Shown in pieces: positions 32,692 through 33,198 of a stretch of DNA of 33,198 nucleotides; positions within the stretch are counted from its first letter, which is position 1; every line of letters begins with the position of its first letter. Made by a program: the position numbers and the translations under genes. Below the pieces are notes generated by a model. The model ran no database searches. It worked only from the letters and a program-made list of their open reading frames with translations, and was not told the origin of the DNA. Origin of the DNA: a virus (Duplodnaviria; Heunggongvirae; Uroviricota; Caudoviricetes); the IMG/VR virus record IMGVR_UViG_3300045919_000425, positions 1 through 33,198 of that record; one strand, written 5' to 3'.

Positions 32692-32978
32692 GGACTCCGC
32701 TTAATTATTTTAACACATCCATCTAAGTACCGTAATTCTATATACAAAGGGCAGTTTAATCCACACATCTCATCGTCTGCCTCTGCGTAATCCTCGGCAC
32801 CACTGTCATAAAACACAAGACTCCCTTCGATACAATCTCGGACTATGTTATTCATCTCATTTTCATAGTAAGTAAAATCTGGATCGTACTCTAACATTTC
32901 TCTATCAAGGTCACGGAACAAGAATTGCACGTAAGTGTTTGAATAACTTTTCATCGCCCAAATAGTTAATTCATTCAT
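32688..32978 (-). CDS. YxDG-family small protein
   Basis: NCPLYIELRYLDGCVKII. Confidence 0.8.
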   Translation of the reverse strand: MNELTIWAMKSYSNTYVQFLFRDLDREMLEYDPDFTYYENEMNNIVRDCIEGSLVFYDSGAEDYAEADDEMCGLNCPLYIELRYLDGCVKIIKRSP

Positions 32979-33198
32979 TTAATTTCCTCACTTGGAGTCC
33001 AAGTGAGGTTCGGATCTCTCCCAAGAAATCTTAGCCATCGATACAGATCTTCATTATTCTTAGATAGAATGTACTTACCATCACTAAAAATATCGGTATA
33101 GTCTAAATGATATTCATTTTGTTTTAGTTCAATTCTCGGGAGATTTTTGATTACCCAGAAATCGTGACAGTTACAGCCTTTTCTTTTTGTTTTATTCC
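32975..33198 (-). CDS. partial ORF (5' end outside window)
   Basis: open frame ...DIFSDGKYILS...PSEEIK* overlapping the next ATG. Confidence 0.5.
   Translation of the reverse strand, partial: NKTKRKGCNCHDFWVIKNLPRIELKQNEYHLDYTDIFSDGKYILSKNNEDLYRWLRFLGRDPNLTWTPSEEIK

Noticed and set aside
1-33198. Stop-codon reassignment (TAG or TGA read-through)
   Set aside because: Long genes are intact in the standard code, and both TAG and TGA end genes that are followed by good RBS-led genes; the few in-frame stops are local.
1-33198. Prophage, IS element, DGR, retron or rRNA/tRNA genes
   Set aside because: No integrase, transposase or reverse transcriptase motifs and no tRNA/rRNA structures were recognised in the window.

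Overview
AT-rich segment of a large lytic tailed-phage genome, read in the standard code. No integrase, tRNA, rRNA or CRISPR array was found; the host is probably diderm (lipoprotein and SAR-like lysozyme signals). Layout: (1) 65-3038, small genes including a SLOG/DUF2493 protein, a degenerate class-3 lipase and a GH24 lysozyme. (2) ~3040-3800, a non-coding block packed with palindromes, GTAC/CTAG repeats and G-tracts. (3) ~3800-17900, a co-directional early/host-takeover island of tiny genes driven by nine related sigma70 promoters (mostly TTGACT-17-TAGTAT). Its long leaders carry at least three repeated, covarying RNA-structure families plus an rrn boxA-like element, and it encodes two triplicated protein families. 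(4) 18073-26731 (minus strand), a methyltransferase followed by a long array of small divergent genes sharing a YxDG beta-hairpin motif, two of them broken. (5) 26823-28919, a tail-collar/structural cassette. (6) 28942-33198, a lipoprotein, a DUF2201 metallopeptidase-VWA protein and a MoxR-like AAA+ ATPase. Best candidates for new biology: the repeated structured leader RNAs/boxA-like cassettes of the early island (possible RNA-based antitermination or processing system) and the YxDG gene array. All structures and family calls were made by eye and need computational confirmation.
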